Assembly: GCF_018977255.1 (NCBI RefSeq)
Contig: NW_024704742.1
Span: forward strand, 36,520,001 to 36,584,000
Direction: 5' to 3'
DNA: 64,000 nt
Source: Callorhinchus milii
Taxonomy: Eukaryota
Shown here piece after piece: positions 25,001 to 38,480 of the stretch (position 1 is its first letter; every line of letters starts with the position of its first letter). Both the position numbers and the translations under genes were made by a program. The notes under the pieces are model-generated. The model ran no database searches and was not told the origin of the DNA. It saw only the letters and a list, made by a program, of their open reading frames with translations.

Positions 25001-25189
25001 ATATACTGTCCTTTTCTATATTTAATTTACAAAATTCACAACTGGAAGCATCCGTTAAATCTTTTCAGTGATGTTTGCATATACAGAACAAGGATTACTT
25101 TATTATTATTATAATTATATGAGATCAGGAGACACAAAGGTTCATGAGAATATGGGCTGTACCTCCCCCAAAAAGGCCATGTTTGCAGA

Positions 25190-25400
25190 TCCTACAGTCC
25201 CTCCGCCTTGCCCCCTCTCTTGCCTCCTTCAAGACCCTGCTCTTTAACCGTGCCTTACGTCACCCTCCTACCCCTACCTTCCCCGCCTCCCCACCCCCCC
25301 AGATCCCAACTACTTGCTCGGGTGCCGATCCCTGACTGTCCAGCGCCTTGAAACGTCTTTCTGACGTGAAGGCACTATACACATGTAATTTGTTGTTGTC
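25190..25400 (+). mobile_element. L2 LINE 3' fragment
   Basis: QSLRLAPSLASFKTLLF followed by the tail. Confidence 0.85.
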
Positions 25401-27346
25401 GAGAACATCAGGCATTAAAGGATATATGGAAAAAGGCAGTAAATGTAATTAAAAAATCTGCTCTGATCTAATAAAATGGTGGAACAAGCTCAATGGCTGA
25501 GTAGTCTCCTCCTTGTTCCCCCACCCCCTCGGCGGCTGGGCTTTCATCTACTATGCACCAAAGCTGCCCGGCGTCCTCTTGCTGCAACATGCAGTGCTCC
25601 AGATGAGAAGACAAGCTATTTGCTCCTTACTAATGTCATTTGGTACCAAACAGTGCTGGGAGAAATCTTCCTCCAATTTTCCCCGTGTTATGTTGAAGGT
25701 CCACTGCCCTGCAGATCTCAGTCATCTTCTTAAAATTTAGTTTTACTACACAGTCAATCTCTGTACAGAACGCCAAGTATTGTGGACAAGACACCAGCGC
25801 GTATAAAGTATAATGTCTGGTAACATTCTTGAAGCTCTTTCTGGGCTTTACATCAGCCTTAAAAATGGCACAATTTCTGATAAACCAGACAAAAGCAGAT
25901 TCCAAAAACAGTTTAGTGTTTCCACAGCTTGAAATAACTTCACAGTAGAAAGGAAACCACAATTGTGGTTACATCTAAAGTAAGGCACTGACTCAATAGC
26001 ATTTTTGTTGCAAAACTTTAAAAGGATGGCAAGCTTGTAATTAAGAGGGTTTACAAAACATGATAAAACTATTCTGAAACTTGAACACTGCACCAAATAA
26101 ACTTCACCCAGTGAGTACAGTATAAAGGCCGACTGTAACAGCCGGTATGTGTCGCACTGCACTGAAGACTGCACAAGGCACTCAAGCCATAATAGAATGA
26201 GTGAAATATACACCAGTATGTGTTCACATGTGGAAACATCCTAATATGGACGGTGTTGCAAACCATTACCAAAGAATTTGCGTGGCTGAGATAAAACTGG
26301 TGCATTTCCAGTCTTGCTGGAAACCAGTTACTTTCCACAGTAACTTGCCTGCTTCCAGCAGAGATATAATTTCCAGGCTTGGAATGAACCACTGTGAGCT
26401 GCAGCAGATAAGGACAGGTTACAATTAGTGAAGACATCAAAGGCATTTCCCTTATAGGGATCAAAGTGTTTAAGGAAAGTAAAATGCTCTTAAAAGCTAT
26501 TAAACTTCCACAAACACTGGTACGAGCTTCCATAGAAAATAAAATGCTTTGATCCTAATCCAAGAGTGTGCTCAGCAACAGATGTGGAAGTCTAAGTCTT
26601 CAACTTCTTAACTTCCTGTGAAGCAACGATGATTCAGTTCTTCCTTCAGGTTTTGAGTGGGAGTATCTCTAACACAAACAACTCTATTGAAATCCCAATT
26701 CCAGTGGAACTTGGTGAAAAGCATTAAGGATCAAAATCATAATTGGATATCTCCACACCTGGATATAGATTCAGTGTGAGCAGCTCATTGGCTATGCCGC
26801 AATGTATCAGAGCTAGTCAAAATTCAATGAAACAAATGACTTATTAGTTATTCGACTTATCAGTTCCAATAGTAGTTCGAATAATCCCTTCAAAGCAGGA
26901 TTCTAAAACCAACCATTGCCTGTAATACTCACTAAACCCGCCCACAAAATACAGTTAATCCACTTTACAATATATTCTGTGAAGTGCTTTGAGACCTCTC
27001 AATGAGGTGCTATGTCAAATGCAAGGATTACTATTCATTTAACTAGCCTCAATAATCACTGCCAATTTGTTATTTTTTTGGTCAGCCGAATATCTGACAC
27101 ACTCAGAAATCCATTACAATACTTAAGGGTCTCCAAACCAAAATACAACAACTTGTATTCATATCCTTCTCTATACTAACAGAAAAATGCCCTAAAAAAA
27201 TACATGCATCTGTGGTCTGAGATAAATCTTATTTAACTCTCACAAAAAGCATTTTCCCCATCAATCAGTCTTTTTGGGGCCAGTTTCTCCCTTCTCTTCT
27301 CCCAAAAGTGATCACTATCAAGTAGGTATGACTTCATTCCTAGAAC

Positions 27347-27995
27347 TTTTTTTTGGTCAGTCGGGTGTCTGACACATGCTTAAGAGTATCCAAACCAAAC
27401 TGTGAATTCCATGCATCCCACCTTCACGTGGAAATTCCTGAGATAGATTGTTGGAATGGAATGCGCGCAATCTCCCTGGAGGGACACATCCTGCTGACCT
27501 AATTCCAGAAAGTTTTAAGCACAGGCTGGCAAGAGCCAAGGCTTGAGGACCCTAGAGTTGCGTTGGGGTACTTCTGGAGTCTGACGAGCTAAAAACGCAT
27601 ATTTTGCCATTGATATCGCTGTCCAGTCAGCTTTCCCACTCCATGTCCAGCTAGGACCATCCTATATGTTAGGTCTTTGACTTGCAGAGTTAACAGGAGC
27701 TGAGTGGGATGATTCCCTGCCCCCAGTGACTGGTCTGCTCTTCCAGGTCCTGCCGATAAGCCAGGCTGCCTGTGCTGTCATCAGCAGTGCCCTGGAATAC
27801 TGTGGCCCAGCCTGGTTCATGAACCGAACAACCAAGACCACTACAGGGGGCTGGCTCGATTCTGACGTTCCGTTGCCAGGCATGTCACCTTGGAGCCAGT
27901 TCAGCTCCAAGAACAACAAATTACATTTGTATAGCGCCTTTCACGTCAGGAGAACGTCCCAAGAAGATCCCGTATACCTCCCTCAAAAGGAGGGT
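27347..27995 (-). mobile_element. LF-SINE/UCON3-like element with a 221-nt extra segment and an L2 tail insertion
   Basis: Co-linear (inverted) with 49805-50183; minus strand GTAGTGGTCTTGGTTGTTCGGTTCATG resembles the recalled LF-SINE core. Confidence 0.7.
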
Positions 27996-28029
27996 AATAT
28001 GTCTATGACCATATAATTAAGTTGTTAAC

Positions 28030-28200
28030 CTCCAGCAAGGGGTAATGAGGGGCAGGAACACTGGTTGATATGTGTACTCTCTTGCCGCAAGTGATGCCAC
28101 ATCAGCCTTGGTTGAGAACAACGAATCACTACAAATCAGGACTCAAATTTGCATCCTTCTTACCTGTATGGTTTACTACAGTGCACTTGGTCACTCTGAC
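28030..28200 (-). mobile_element. AmnSINE2-like 5' portion (decayed)
   Basis: CAGCAAGGGGT...GCAGGAACACTGGTTGAT resembles about 55010-55060 and about 39090-39135. Confidence 0.4.
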
Positions 28201-31200
28201 TTCACGTAATCTTGTTGATCTACTCAATCTCACTCAAAGGAGGCCCACTCGGTGGTACAAAGCCTGATTTACGGGCCTGGAACAACGGTTGTCATTTCCA
28301 GTTCCCAACTAACTGGATTAACCCAGCCAGCACTAACTTGGTCACATCACTCAAAACTCTCTCCCAAAATTAACACTTCCATTTGTTTTAACAAAATTAA
28401 GAAACTTAAGTGAAGGAACAAGGACCACTTCATATGTGTTTCGAACTGAAGTTATACACTGAACAAAGAACATTGCAGATTCTTATTGTGCACAATATAG
28501 ATTCAGTCATGACAGAAGTGTTGGGATTCATACAACACTCACCATACATCCTTAGAATTACAGACTTTACATAGGTGTTACACCATGAAAACAGGTGATT
28601 CGACCAATTCCCAATCCCCTTTCCCAAACCCTTATATTCATTTTTCAATCTCTCCCACGCATGCTCTCCCTCACATCCTAATAATAAGTGATCACACGAA
28701 TACAGTAACACTGACCGCACTTCCTTAAAATAACAATGACCATACATTCTTAAATAACACGAGGTTAATACGAATACTGCAAATAAATCTAAGTGGTTTT
28801 GATAGGAAACTGAATGGGACTCAGATGAATGTACAATTTGGGGGATTATACGATTAATAAAAGTAAGATTTATATGAGTTTTACGGTATTAGAAATTCAA
28901 ACATACACAGTACAGGTTAATATTAATAAAGCTGTCTGAATGGTTTAAAAATATATTTTTCTAGAGTTTAGAAAAATCAATAGCAGAGATTTAAATAGTA
29001 TCTCATTACATAACCTGCACTGTTGACTAGCAATGGACTGCCTAAGAGTATTAAAGCCTTTATATTGAATCCTTCAGTGTAGTGTTGTCTCCATATAACA
29101 GGCCCACAGTTTTCAAGACCTGTCAGGAGATGAAGACAACAGCCAATTGCAATACTCCTTCCACCACTTATGTTTTATTATCTTCCATAAATCATTTGCG
29201 ATACTTGAGATCAAAACTTGTGCTTTCTGAACAATAATAAAAATGACTTAAAAGTTTATTTATTTAGAATCATCACCTGTTCCGCTAAGATAATGAAATT
29301 GGATCCGATGGTTGAACAGACCATTCTATTTGAAAGTAAAGTACTATTTTGTGCTGTGTTTTCTCATTTTAGATCACACACAAGGGCATTCGAATTATGT
29401 ATAACTGCAAAGCCTGCTCTATGTGTTTAAGAGGCTGCGTTTCGCCCACAAAATATGCAGTCAATTCGCCTTACAGTACATTCTGTAAGCACTTTGAGAC
29501 GTCTCGAAGATGTGATAAGGCTCTATATCAAATGCAAGGATTAAGGATAAAAAAAGGTGGGATTTTCTCGATAACATGCACAAAGATCTATAAAGGAGTT
29601 AAATTCAATAAAAAAAGAGAGGTCTGCACAGGAGCCACTGTTTCTCTGGTCAATCTTCCAGATAATCTGCAGCCTGGCAACTCAGGCCCATAAACAAGGC
29701 GAGGACCAAAGCTGCCTAGTGATGGATGCAGTTTCTTCTCTCTGATTTCCTCCATGATGAATTCATAACCACAGCCGGGACGTTTGTGGAAACGTGGGGC
29801 ACAGGAGTGGGAAATTTCCAATCTGGTTAGAGAGCACTATTGACTGAGCTCCACATTGTTGTATGGCTCAAAGGAAAATACAGTGAATGTAGCATGTGCA
29901 TGTAGGGATACAGCGGTTCCAGAATTTTAAAGTAAGCAAAACTACAATCATGCTCCAGTTTCAGCCATGGAAAGAAGCTCATTATATATGTTTAAAGAAC
30001 ACTGAGCATTTTGCATTCTACTCAGTTTAGCTGAAGCTGCATGATAGAGGAAAACCTTTCACTAATTGTATTGTTGTTCGCTGCTGCTCGGGGTTAAAAA
30101 CTATCAGCAATCTTCACAGTCCAAATAGTAAATGCCTGATCCAATAAAGCCTCAAGACTTGGCCAGTGTTATACCCACCTCCCACCAGGCTTCTAGTGTT
30201 TCCTTTGGGACCCTCAAATGCACATCATCCTTCAGTTCTTGACAACACAGATTTTTGGAGGCGAATTGGCAAATCACATTAACAACATAAACAAATTAAG
30301 TCAATATTTCTAAAAGAAAATTAACTGTAATGCTGATGTCTGATTGTTCACCAGAATGGAAGATGAATTTAAGAACATTTTGCAGTTTTAAATAAGCTGA
30401 AAGCTCATGTGGGAGCATACGCACAAAAACAGTACAAATTCACAAGCTCAGAAATTGCTGCTGTAAAGATTTTTTTTATATTTCATTGCTCCACAAGCAA
30501 ACCGACAGCGATAAACAAAAATAATGGATTCACTACAATGAGACACTTCAGTAAAAATACCATCTCCACTCATCGTACCTACTGTTATTCAAGTGGGCTA
30601 TGAGCGCGGTGCATTTGTAAACAGCTGAGTGTGGTGTTAATAATGGAGACTGCACCCTGCTCTGCAAACAAGGCACAGGGGTTTTCTGGCTACTAACCGG
30701 CACCAGCCACTGCTGAGGTGAATGGAGTCGGCTCTCACATCCTGTTCGGACAGCAGGTGAAACTCAGCACTTTGCAATCCCGGAGGAGGTTTGGAGCTGC
30801 CACCACTCTGCTTGGCCTACAGTCAGTGCACAGCTGATCCATCAGTCACCAACGCAAGATCTGCTCGGTCACACCAGAGAAGAGGAAGGAACCATCTGCA
30901 CTTCAGGCAGGGGGTGCTTCTCCTTGGAGATTGAGAGCAGCTGAGGCCTTACTGTTATGACCGGAATCAACGTTAACCCCTTCACACACCCATGTCTGTG
31001 CTCTGGTAACGCTCACTTCTGGATTCTTATTCCTTAAAAAAAATCTTCCATACTATTCAAAAACATCAAATACATCATTAAGAAACATGCTACATTGCTA
31101 TTAAATTTAATTCATGCACCGAAAGAATTCAACTGTTAAAAAAAAAGTATAAATCACTTACTTTTTCCAAACCCGAAGCCCTCTGATTTAACCTAGCATT

Positions 31201-32019
31201 TTAACCTACCCTCTCAGTTTACCCTTTTGGAGAATGTCTGCTTTTTTCTGTGAATTCTTTTTGTAAACTGAAGCAACCCAGCAAGAAACATTGAGTTACA
31301 TTCTCAAACATTTCCCTGCAAATGCAATGATTCAGAAGCTTGTGGGCATTGTTGATAAAGCAAGTAAAATGACATGGGGAGCAGAGAGAATACAGACAAA
31401 CAATTGTACAGCATAGTATTTGTAAATTAAATCGACCTTCAAAGACGTAGCACATATGGAAATGCATTTCACAAGTCGAGATATGAAGCATTTTTTGTGT
31501 ACTAGTGTGTGTGGTATTTCAGGTTAGAATGCCATATATATCTTTCTAATAATAGTATATTTTGTGCTTACTTAGTCAAAGGCATTTGGCTCAAAATCAA
31601 TGTATCTTACAGCACAGAAGGAGGCCATTCGGCCCATTATGCCTTTGCCGGCTCTTTGAAAGAGCTACCAACTAGTCCCACTCCCCCGCTCTTACCCCAT
31701 AGTTATTTAACTAAGTTGTCTTACAATCCCTTGGAGAATAAATAAGTAGAAACAAAACACAACAACTTTCTCCCCATTTCTAACCCAAATCAAGTCATAT
31801 TGTCTTTTCATGTGTGCCAGGTACACTGACTTAATTTAAGACAAGAATTTTCTACAGCACTTCAAATATAACAAACCACAATTACGTGGGTGAATTACTC
31901 ATCGTAACTAAAAGAAACTACATGCATATATTACAATTCAGAAATAATAGCCACCTCCTGTACTGACCAAGGCAATTGAGAGAGGCAAGTTTTTTAAGGA
32001 TACATGAGAGTCCTTCAAA

Positions 32020-32270
32020 TGTAGTTCACATTTATATAAAAACTTTCATGTCAACAGGTTGTCTCAAAGCTCTAAACAATCCTGGCTGGACATCCGAGGT
32101 AGGTATAAGAACCAAGATTGGGATGGGGAGGGGAAAGATGACCGAAAGCGCAGCCAAAGAAGTACGCTTTGAGATGTGCATTGAAAAAGGGGAGGGAGAG
32201 AGCAAGTCGGAGAATGGGTGAAAGCCCACCTTCCAATGGTGGATTGGATACGACGGGTGACACAAAGCAG
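32020..32270 (-). mobile_element. Old L2 3' fragment
   Basis: Minus-strand translation LRLALSLPFFNAHLKAYFF plus a decayed tail. Confidence 0.75.
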
Positions 32271-32562
32271 GTCAGTATTCGCTATTTCAAATCAGCCTAT
32301 TTACAATGTCCTGGTTTAATATGGTTCCATTGGATAGCAGGGTAATTTAATTAAAGTTTCAACCCTCTCACAATCCAAACTATCATTTCTCCAGTTTGGA
32401 GCATGAAGAAAGAGCTGATCTCAAGAGCAGGGATGTCCCTGTCATAGAGAATCAGCATCACAACTGGGAAGATACATTTTAGGCCGTACAGGTCTCTATC
32501 ATACATCGACCCTTCTTGGATAATTCAACCAAGATCTCTTGTCTGCTCAACCCATCTAGGTA

Positions 32563-32899
32563 CAACGACAACGACAAAATTACATTTATAGAGCACCTTT
32601 CAGATCGGGAGGATAACAACAACTTAGATTTATATAGCGCCATCCACGCCGGACAGCGTCTCAGAGCGCTTTACAGTAACGGATCCCGGGACCGAGCCAG
32701 GGGGAGGGGGGGAAGGGTGACCAAAGGCGCGGTCGAAAAGTAAGGTCTTCAGCAGAGACCTGAAAAAGGGAAGGGAGGGAGCGAAACGAAGGAATTGAGG
32801 AAGGCAGTTCCAGAGCCTTGGGGCATAGTGGCTGAAGGCACGGCTGCCAAGGGTGGAGCGGAGGACTCGGGGGATGAGGAAGAGGCCAGACCCGGAGGA
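32563..32899 (-). mobile_element. L2 3' fragment (subfamily B) with an extra short L2 tail piece
   Basis: SRAFSHYAPRLWNCLPQFLRFAPSLPFFRSLLKTLLF; tail TCTGAGACGCTGTCCGGCGTGGATGGCGC. Confidence 0.9.
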
Positions 32900-32902
32900 A
32901 TT

Positions 32903-33520
32903 ATGGACGTCCCAAAATGCTGAAGAGTCAGGTGTCGGGGCCCGAGCATAGGGGAGGGGTTGTGTAGGGGTGAGGGAAGGCAGAGAGGTGGGAGGACGAC
33001 CAAAAGCACGGTCGAAGAGAAGGGTCTTGAGACCGGCCTTGAAGGAGGCAAGGGAGGAAGTGAGGCGAAGAGACTGTGGGGTGGAGTTCCAGAGTGTGGG
33101 GGCAGAGAGGCTGAAAGCCCGGCCACCGATGGTAGGGCGGGTTGGGCGGGAGACATGGAGCAAACCAGAGCCTGATGACCGGAGGGAGCGGGTAGGTTGG
33201 TAGGGAGTCAGTAGGTCAGAGAGGTAGGAGGGGGCAAAGCCACGGATGCCCTTAAAGGTGAGGACGAGGATCTTGAACTCGATCCTCTGGAAGATGGGGA
33301 GCCAGTGGAGTCGGGCGAGTGTGGGAGTGATGGGGTCTCGGAGTCTGGTGTGCGAGAGTACACAAACTGCAGAGTTTTAGATGATCTGCAGCTTGTGAAG
33401 GGAAGAGTTGGGAAGGCCAATGAGGAGGGAGATCCCGTAATCGAGCCTTCGTGTGACAAATGCATAGGTGAAGGTTTCGGCAGCCTGAGGGGTGAGGCAG
33501 TGGCGGAATTTGGCAATGGT
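32903..33520 (-). mobile_element. L2 LINE fragment
   Basis: GGRAFSLSAPTLWNSTPQSLRL, with the upstream LHW/RIEFKIL region. Confidence 0.92.
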
Positions 33521-35049
33521 ACATGCACTACAACAATCGTGTCAAGTGACACTGGTGTCTTCTAAAGTCTCGTGTTCAAAACTCCAGATATTGGGTTCTC
33601 ACGGAGATAAGCAAAGGGATGACCATGTGCAGGCTATTCCCATTTTGAACTCGGGCTATATTTTGACCAAGTCTCAACTCTCACACAAAAATAAAATTAA
33701 TATAATTCAGAGATTTAAGACTTGTTGAAAAAGTGTACATATATTTTAAAAGCTACTCCCAGCACCAAGTTCTCAATTCTCCTCCATTTAGAATTTCAAT
33801 CAACCTTTAAATGTATCTGGGCCAAATAAGGTATCTTGAGGGACTGTGGCACAATGGGGGTATTCTGGAGAGTGGAGGTATCGTTATAAGTTACTACTTA
33901 TACAAACCAGAATACTGAATTCCATAGCTTACAAATAGCGAGCCACATCTGACAAAACAACAAATACTTGTTCAAGTTAATGGTCTCCTCTATCTTTGAA
34001 CAATAGACTGATGAGTTTTCTATTTTTTTTCAAATGCTTGTTACAGGCGTCAATGTACAACTTAATAATAAAGAGAAGGCATTTACATATTCAGCAGAAT
34101 GGTAGAAAATGTTACTCAGTGGTTTATCACGAGAGTCATTTGTCAAGTATGAAACCTGGGACCAGTTACATACTTCACTCAGTTTGCAGAAGCGCCTGAG
34201 TTAACGCTCCATAAATAGCATAGAACAACATGTCACAACCCTGCCTGCCATTTCTGATGACATCTCTGTGAAATACTAGGATTAGCACAAATATTTGAAA
34301 ACACTCAGTTCTGCAAGGTATTGAAGTTGATCAGAAGTTAATCCAAAGCTGGTATTTCACATTAAGACTGCTCAGGCTACTACAGTTAATTATATTGTTG
34401 ATCCAAGTCCTCCAGGATAAAGGCTCCATAAACAGTCTTATATAACTATTTGTTCCAAACATATGAGATTTAGATTTTAAAAGAGTTTTAGAATGAAATT
34501 CAAAAAGGTTTTAACTTCACCTGGTAACCTTTGATTCACCAGCTTTATATCTGGAGATTACTATGAATTAATTACCAGTCATTTTTTCTTTTATTAATTT
34601 TTCTTAAAAAAAGCTATTTGCACCACTGAACATGCTCAGCATCTCAATGTCCTGAAAAATGCACTTTGAAAAAGGTTTCTCATCCTATACAGTAAGTTTA
34701 AAAATCATGTTCTTTTTATAGCCCTGCTGCCTACAGTGCAAATTTATGCTAGTGAAATGTAAAAATACTGCTAGTGTGTTAACACATATAGCGTTCACTT
34801 CCTACATGTTCATTTTACTCCTCTTTAGTTTTATTTTTTAAATTAACTGTTACACTGCCAGAAGTCTGGAAATATACTAGAATAATCCTGGGGTTCCCGT
34901 TCCTCATTGCCTGCAGGATAGTGTGTCCTGCATATGAGAAATGAAGTGGTAATGTTTTTTTTCTCTTCCTTCGTATTGGCATGTAAGGTGCCAGAGGACA
35001 CTCAGTGCACCTAGGTGCTTTTAGGAGAAGAATGAAAATTGGACGTGTT

Positions 35050-35575
35050 ACATGCATTTTTGACTATTTGTTGACACTTATAAAGGGGAATGAAATTATA
35101 TAACTATGAGGAGCAGCTAAAGAGGTTAGGATATTTCCCATTGGATTCGAGAAGGCTGAATAATAGAGGTCTTTAGGTATTTTAGGTGTGCAAGGGTTTG
35201 AGAAATAATCGCAAAAAACTCATTGGTAGGGGATTTGGACAAGAGGGAATGAATTCAAGATTGCGACAAGAGGGGTAAAGAGAGATGTTCGGAAGAATTA
35301 GTCGATCTGTCCTCTAGTCAAGCTCCGTAGGCCAGGTTAGCAACGCCCTTAAACAAGGTATGGAATGATTTTCCAAGGATGACTATTAGAGCAGATTTGA
35401 AAGGATCATTTAAAACTGAATTGGACAAGGATTTGCAGAGAAAGGGTGTTACAGAGTACAGGGAAAGAGCGTGGATTTGGGATTAGAATGGATGGCTTCT
35501 TGGAGGAACAAAGACTGACAAAATAATGGACCAAATGGCCCCCTGCAGTGTCATATATTTATTTCTAGGTTTCTA
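35050..35575 (+). mobile_element. Old CR1 3' fragment
   Basis: Decayed ...TATGAGGAGCAGCTAAAGAGGTTAGGA...GGACCAAATGGCC 3' region. Confidence 0.7.
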
Positions 35576-35954
35576 TGGAAATAGTCACAGTTACAGAATC
35601 CAAGATTTAACTAAACTCAAGACCTAGTTTATTACAAAGCAAATAAGTCTCAGAAATCTTTTTGAAGTTTAATTTAAGGTAAATGGCAATTCGATTGAAA
35701 TAGGTGGTGTACTAAGGAAAACTACAAAGGTTAGTGTCAAACCAAGCACCACATCCTATGTTAAAAATTTACTGTTACAAATCCCCTGCTAAATGTATTC
35801 TAGCAGAATTGGTAAATCTACGACTTCCACTTCAGAGCTGTGAAATCAGCAAGCACTAAACTGCTGGATAGCACAGAGTTGTGTTGCCTCTGGCTTCCTC
35901 ACAGCTGAAGTCCTATATAAATGAAGTTCAGATATACATTCTCTTAATCTATAC

Positions 35955-36270
35955 AATAATAATAATAATCCTTGCATTTGATATAGCGCTTTTCACGTCG
36001 GGAGGACGTCCCAAAGCGCTTCACAGAACACAATGTAAAGTGAATTGACTGTATATTTGTGGGCGAACGCGGCAGCCAATTGCGCACAGCAATGTCCCAC
36101 AAACAGTCGTAGATTGAAAATGACCAATTTATTATAGTTTTGTTTTGGAGGGATTATTATTAGGTGTGTGGAGTAAGGAAACTTGCCCAAGGTTTCGCCC
36201 TCTGCCTGGAATTGAACTCAGGTCTCTCGCTTGCAAAGCGAGTGCTCTAACCACTGAGCTACAGGACTCC
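35955..36270 (-). mobile_element. Young tRNA(Ala)-derived SINE, short form
   Basis: Full head with A/B boxes, body, L2-type stem-loop and (TTA)n tail. Confidence 0.96.
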
Positions 36271-37790
36271 AAAGTATCACAATGTGATACTTTGAGACTG
36301 CACTTTGGGTAAACCACCAATTAGGAGGCGCATCTGATCAAAAATATCATTCATGGGAATAGAAACTCCTGAGCGTGAGAGATAATTTCACATCTTAGAT
36401 GGAACTTGACATCTTCGATTGTGGCAAAGGGAGAATTCATTAAAAAAATCTTTGAATCAGGTGAAATTTCAAAGTGTTTGAGGTCCATGCTGATACCACT
36501 GAGAAGAGAATCTGGCTTGGCGGCGATCTCCCCACTTCCCCCCATATGGTTCAATAATCTGCTGGCAGTTACAGTGGAGACTGCAGAGGATGGAGATGCC
36601 GTAGGGTGTCAAGTGTTATAGCAATATTAATAATCCTCACATGTAATATAGTGCTTTTCACATCAGAAGAACTCTCAAAGAGCTTCGCAGAATATACTGT
36701 AAGGTGTAGTGACTGTATTTTGTGGATGAATGACAATGCCATTGACCTGCCACAGTAGGAAGCGACACAATAACCCCAGTAAAATGGCAAAAATAAAGAG
36801 TTGAATCACTTTCAGGTGAAGGGAGAAAACTGGTAAGATATAAGTTTGCCATCTTCATATGACAGCTTCTGCACAACAACTGAATCCTTGAAACTCTTCA
36901 CACCTTTTATATAGGAAAGACTGTTGTCAACTGTCTGTACAACTTGCTGAATGTGTTTAAAATTGTTGTTCTGAACAGAGAACCTCACAACAGCTCATCT
37001 TCACAGACCAGTATCATGCGTGTTTGGAGAACATTGCATATCGTATAAACATGCGATTAAGCTTTGAAGTGGAGGTATATTTTACTGGACGGTCAGACAA
37101 TCCTAAAGGTTATAAAGAGAGTTGCTGGTTTACTTCTTGATGCTCTTTCCACTCTGGAGTCTTGTTTGAAGCTGTGAGTTAGGTGCTTTGTTATACTGTG
37201 TGGATCCTGACCCTGATGTGATATCATGAACAGGTTGACAATCTCGCTGTGAGCACAACTTCTCTTGAATGCCAGCACTGGAATTGAACTTCATACATCA
37301 GATCAGTAGGAGATGTGCACTAAGCTGTCAGTTTCCAGGCTGTCTAAACAGGTTTCAAACAATAGAACAGGGAAATGATTCAATGGGTACATATCACATG
37401 TGCTTTCGCAACATTTAGCATTATGACAGTTTATTGCAATACATTTCTTTAAAGTTACTGACACAAGTCCAGTTCTCAGGAATTGATATACACAGAAAGA
37501 CAATTAGAACTGTAGACATTTACTGCACAGAAGACCATTTGGCCCATCATGTCTCTGCTGACTCTTTGAAAGAGCAATAATTCAGTCCCTTTCATCTTCC
37601 TTTTCACCATAACCCTACAAATTTATATCAGTCGACTTAAAGCGACTTATGCAAAGTTTTGTAAAGTTTGTCTCTTGTGACACCACATTAGTGCTTTCAA
37701 AGCCAGCTCCTCTTTTGTTAAACAAACCTACTTAAGTTTCTGCATTATTAGATGTCCACTTGACATTCTTAAGCAAAGAATAAGTACAAT

Positions 37791-37846
37791 ACGTTGAGCT
37801 GTCTTTGGGACGTTGAACTGTCTTTGGGACGTTGAGCTGTCTTTGG
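37791..37846. repeat. 19-bp tandem repeat x3 (ACGTTGAGCTGTCTTTGGG)
   Basis: Read directly from the sequence; one substitution in unit 2. Confidence 0.95.
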
Positions 37847-37949
37847 TTTTTGGTAGGAAAATGAATGGGACTCGGGTGCATGTATCACTTAGGCGATCAT
37901 ATGATTTATAACGACACAACCTCTGCAAGATTTCCTGTATTTCTTTAGT

Positions 37950-38480
37950 TCCCTCTTCAAAGCTAACACTACAAATAGTAGTGTCCCCCAGAGGTCTGCG
38001 TTAGGACCACTGCTTTTCTCCATTTCTATAAATGATCTAGATTCCGGTATAAGGGGCACAATTTCTAAATTTGCCGGTGAGACGAAAATAGGAATTGTAG
38101 CTAACAATGAAGAAGATTGTAAGCAAGTTCAAGGACCGAGCCAAATTAGTTGATTGGGCAAAGAAATGGCAAATGAAATTTAACATGGCAATGTGAGGTT
38201 ATACATTCTGGGAGGAAGAATAAGGAGAACAAGCATATGTTGGGTAGTAAAATATTAAAAGGAGAGGAACAGCAAAGAGATTTGGAGGATTAATGTACAT
38301 AAATCCTTAAAGGAAAAAGGCTAACAGAATCTTAGATTTTATAAATAAGGGCATAAAATATAAAAAACAAAGAGGTAATGCTAAACTGGCTTCAAGAGGG
38401 AGCTAGACAAATACTTAAAAAGAGTCAGGTACATGGGGTATGCAGAAAGTCTTTTTCTGTGCTGTAAAGTTCTATGGATC
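37950..38480 (+). mobile_element. CR1 RT fragment, decayed
   Basis: VPQRSALGPLLFSISINDLDSGIRGTISKFAGETK (CR1 RT core), with KWQMKFN downstream. Confidence 0.9.

Noticed and set aside
37791..37846. CRISPR-like array
   Set aside because: Adjacent tandem units with no spacers, in eukaryotic DNA.
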